Source of the DNA: Eledone cirrhosa
Lineage: Eukaryota
Direction: 5' to 3'
Assembly: GCA_964016885.1 (NCBI GenBank)
Contig: OZ024756.1
Location: 36,146,001-36,210,000 of the forward strand
DNA length: 64,000 nt
Shown here: piece after piece, positions 60,636 through 64,000 of the stretch
Position numbering within the stretch: the first letter of the stretch is position 1
Layout: every line of letters begins with the position of its first letter
Position numbers and translations under genes: made by a program
Notes under the pieces: model-generated
Database searches by the model: none
The model's input: only the letters and a program-made list of their open reading frames with translations
What the model was told of the DNA's origin: nothing

Positions 60636-60675
60636 CTAATGAAGTTTCATACAAGAGATTTAGTCTCTTTATATA
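60636..60675 (-). promoter_or_regulatory. Putative TATA box and initiator of the peroxidase-like gene
   Basis: TATATAAAG on - at 60675-60667 and Inr-like TTCATT ~33 nt downstream, directly before the ATG. Confidence 0.45.
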
Positions 60676-61832
60676 CCTGTGTGTACACGTGAGCCTGAGG
60701 GATGGGAAGGTCAGGTTGGACATGTGTGTGTCGGTGTGTGTATCTTTGTGAGTTAGGAAGTGTCTTTGTGAGTATGTCTTTGCAAGTTTGTTTCTGTGTG
60801 CCAGTCTGTATGTGTGTGTGAGAGTTAGTGTCTTTGTGGGCGTGTCTTTGTAAGTGTGTGTGTGTGTGTGATGGAAGTGAATAGAAATATAAAGACAATA
60901 GAAATATAAAGACAATAGGTGAGAACAAATAACTGTAGAAATATTTTGTGTGTGCATATGTGCGTGAGTGTGAGTACATGAGTGTATGTGTGTGTGTATG
61001 CATGTGTATGTGTGTGTGTGTGAGTGTACAAATGGAGAGTGAAAGGATTCTAAGTGAGTGAGGCAAGTGAAGTAACTGGACATTGAGGGAAGATGACCAG
61101 ATGGAGAGAGAGGGGGGAGAGATGGCAAGAGATGGAGAGAGAGAGGAGAAAGGGGGAGAGGGGGGACAGATGGAGACGGGGGAGAGGAGGTGGAGAGATA
61201 GAGGCATTGAGAGAGGATGTCCACATAGAGAGAGGGTGGTGGGATGGCAAGAGATGGAGAGATGGGGACAGGAGGAGAGAGAGGGGTGGGTGGAGAGATA
61301 GAGGCATTGAGAGAAGATGACCAGACGGAGAGAGGGTGGGAAGACAACAAGAGATGAAGAGAGGGAAAGAGGTGGAGAGTAGATATTTGGAAATGTGAAA
61401 ATCCTAAACACAGAAAATTAGTGAAATAACAGTTGAACTAAAGATAATAGTTGAGAAAATTGGGGTAAGAAAAACCTTTAGGAATGAAAAAAAGTGGCTA
61501 GAAGTGTCTACAAGGAATTGAACCCAGTATCTCTCGAATATCATGTGAATGTGTTACCTTACAACTAAAGGGTCACTAACACCTTATCATGTCTTACTAT
61601 GTTATGATATACAGTTAGGGGCAAGAGCATAGGACACCTTATTCTGTCTGTTGTACTATGTTATGTTAGGAGCTAGAGCATAGCCAGGAGTAAATAAATC
61701 TTATGAATTATTGAAGCTCTAGGGAGATTTTATGTTTGAAAATTTGAGAATCTCAAATGCAGAAAATAACTGTAATAAAAGTTGATTGCTATAGATAATA
61801 ACTGAGAAAGTTGAATAAAATACCCACTAAAG

Positions 61833-62150
61833 CAGAGATCCCCAACCATCGGGCAGTGGAATGGTACCAGTCCGTGTTTCATTTGCTACCGGACCACAAA
61901 GAAATAATTAACTTGTTTAAAATTATATAATAGATAAATTGAATATTGGGCTTTATTTAAAACGATTTGTTTAAATATTCGATATTCAAATACTCTATAT
62001 ACTTTTTCTTCCCTTTATTAAATTGCTCTTTTTATTATTGCTCTCTTTATCGAAATGCACTTAAATAACACATATGTGTAACTATCGGTCCGCAGAAAGA
62101 TTAACAAGCATGAAGCTGGTCCATGGTATAAAAATGGTTGGAGATCTCTG
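61833..62150. mobile_element. hAT/Charlie-type MITE
   Basis: TIR cagagatccccaaccat/atggttggagatctctg; TSD cactaaag/ctctagag. Confidence 0.8.
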
Positions 62151-62358
62151 CTCTAGAGACAGAAAAATGTGGCCACAGGTATCTACAAGGAATTGAACAC
62201 TTTTATCTTTACATTAAGGGACAACTGATATTAGGTGTATTTTACGTGACTTTATTTTTTCCAGCTATTATTCCTGACAGTGACTAACTGTTATTACAGT
62301 GAATTTTTACATTTGGGACTCACATTCTCAATATACATATACATATATATACACACAT

Positions 62359-62390
<32 letters not shown>

Positions 62391-64000
62391 ATATATCTAT
62401 ATATGGTCTATGTGAACAGAAATACCACAAGAGAGTTGGAAGTAAGTTTGTTGTTACGTGAGAAATTTTTAACAGTACAATCACAGAGATTAGGATTTCC
62501 TTCACAACGCAACATCTGTCTCTCACACGTGACTTTAAAGCAATGTCTGAATGTACGTTTGACAAAAGCAGCTCTCGTGTGCTGTGTTTTCCAAAACGTT
62601 TTTCTCAACATACCCACATCACCACCATACGTATACACCAATATCAATTTCCTACTACGTTTGTTTTGCCTTGTTGTGAGGGGTTGGGCAGGTTGTCATA
62701 ACCAGTTTCAGTCTTGATGCAGACCTAACAGCCTCTAAAAACCCAAACGGGGAGTACTATGAAAAAAGGGGTCCCAAACGAGGAGAAATGAGGCAAAATG
62801 GGGAGATTTTAAATAATGAAAGCTATACCCATTTTCACAAGAGAAGACCTCTCTCACTCACCCCAAAGTGGGTGGGTGATCTCCCCATCGGACGGGGAGA
62901 GTTGGCAGGTCTGTTGATGGGTTTAAGGACCATATCTTGCTCATTCATTCTATATGTGTATGCAAGCTTGGAAAAATGGATGTAAAAGGATGATATATTT
63001 ATATAGCAATTTATAAGTTTAGGTGGGCATTATGGCACGTTTTGGGTTTGGGGAAGAATGTAGTTCTGTGATAAAGATTTGTGATATAATTGTGTGTCTT
63101 GGGTTGGTAGGAAGGATTGTTCTACAAAATTTGATAACCATAATTTGGCCCTTTACATATTGTACTGTATGCATTTTATTATGGTACCAACACTAGAGAA
63201 GTTATCAGGTAGTACTTGACAAATCCAGAAGGTCCTCTCTATGAGGGGTGGGGTACCAAGAGCATTCTAATGTTACACCAATGTTCGTCTGTTCCACTGC
63301 AGATTAAAAATATTATTTTGTTAATACCTAAATCTAGAAAAAAAAAAAAAAAGCAAAAGATTACACGCCAGAGGTTTATTGTGTAAACGATGAAACTTCA
63401 TGTACACATGTATATTGGTACAGGTGAGTGAATTTAGAGCAACGTGAAATAATGTGTCTTGCTGAAGATCGCAATACGCCACCAGAAATCAAAACTATGC
63501 CCATTCAATCATGAACTGAAAACTGTAACTACTAAGCCATGCATAGTAGGACATTTACTAACACATCAATAATATTCCATTAACCCTTGTGAAGCTCTCT
63601 ACATTCCAGAATCACATCATGAGACTTATGACTAACAAACAACTCAGCGGCCATATCTCTATCAATGAGCTACTTAACATTACCAAGCTTAAACCAATCA
63701 CATCAGTTATCAAGTCAAGAGTACTTAAACTGTATGGTCATATCTGAAGATCAACTCGTGGTGTGAGTAAGTTATGTCTAGAAATAAAGTTAACTTGTAA
63801 GATAAGCAGAGGTCAACAGCCAAAACGCTGGTTTCATAATGTCAATTTATGGACTGGACTTACTTTAATTCTCAGGGAAATTTAGCGTAACAGTGTATGA
63901 TAATGGTGGCCCTTTGAACCACGGGAACATTCTATCTTGTACTATAATGTATGTGGATTGGCAGTATCGGTAGAGAGTCAGACATGGTCATTCTCATCAA

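Overview
Eukaryotic, AT-rich, microsatellite- and SINE-dense genomic DNA; the repeat landscape suggests an octopus or other coleoid cephalopod (inference). Three protein-coding genes were traced by hand from GT-AG junctions. (1) A giant ~5.8-kb terminal coding exon on + (5787-11599) of an unidentified low-complexity, repeat-rich protein whose upstream exons were not found. (2) A complete 8-exon gene on - (30320-19875; 363 aa) for a signal peptide + 3 Ig domains + GPI-signal protein of the lachesin/IgLON type. (3) A complete 14-exon gene on - (60623-40901; 782 aa) for a secreted animal haem peroxidase-family protein with a C-terminal TSP1 repeat; it has an intact frame but has lost both the distal and the proximal catalytic His. 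Non-coding DNA holds tRNA-derived SINEs, piggyBac-type (TTAA) and hAT-type (8-bp TSD) MITEs, RTE, CRE, R4-like and Tx1-like LINE fragments, and many satellites. The most striking unannotated signal is a set of small elements, mostly set in (TA)n microsatellites, carrying minimal type-I hammerhead ribozyme motifs with palindromic stem III (Penelope-like architecture). They include an inverted twin-hammerhead hairpin at 39254-39530, and several of them fold back into palindromes. A ~2-kb inverted-repeat structure lies in peroxidase intron 1. No CRISPR, rRNA or tRNA genes were found.
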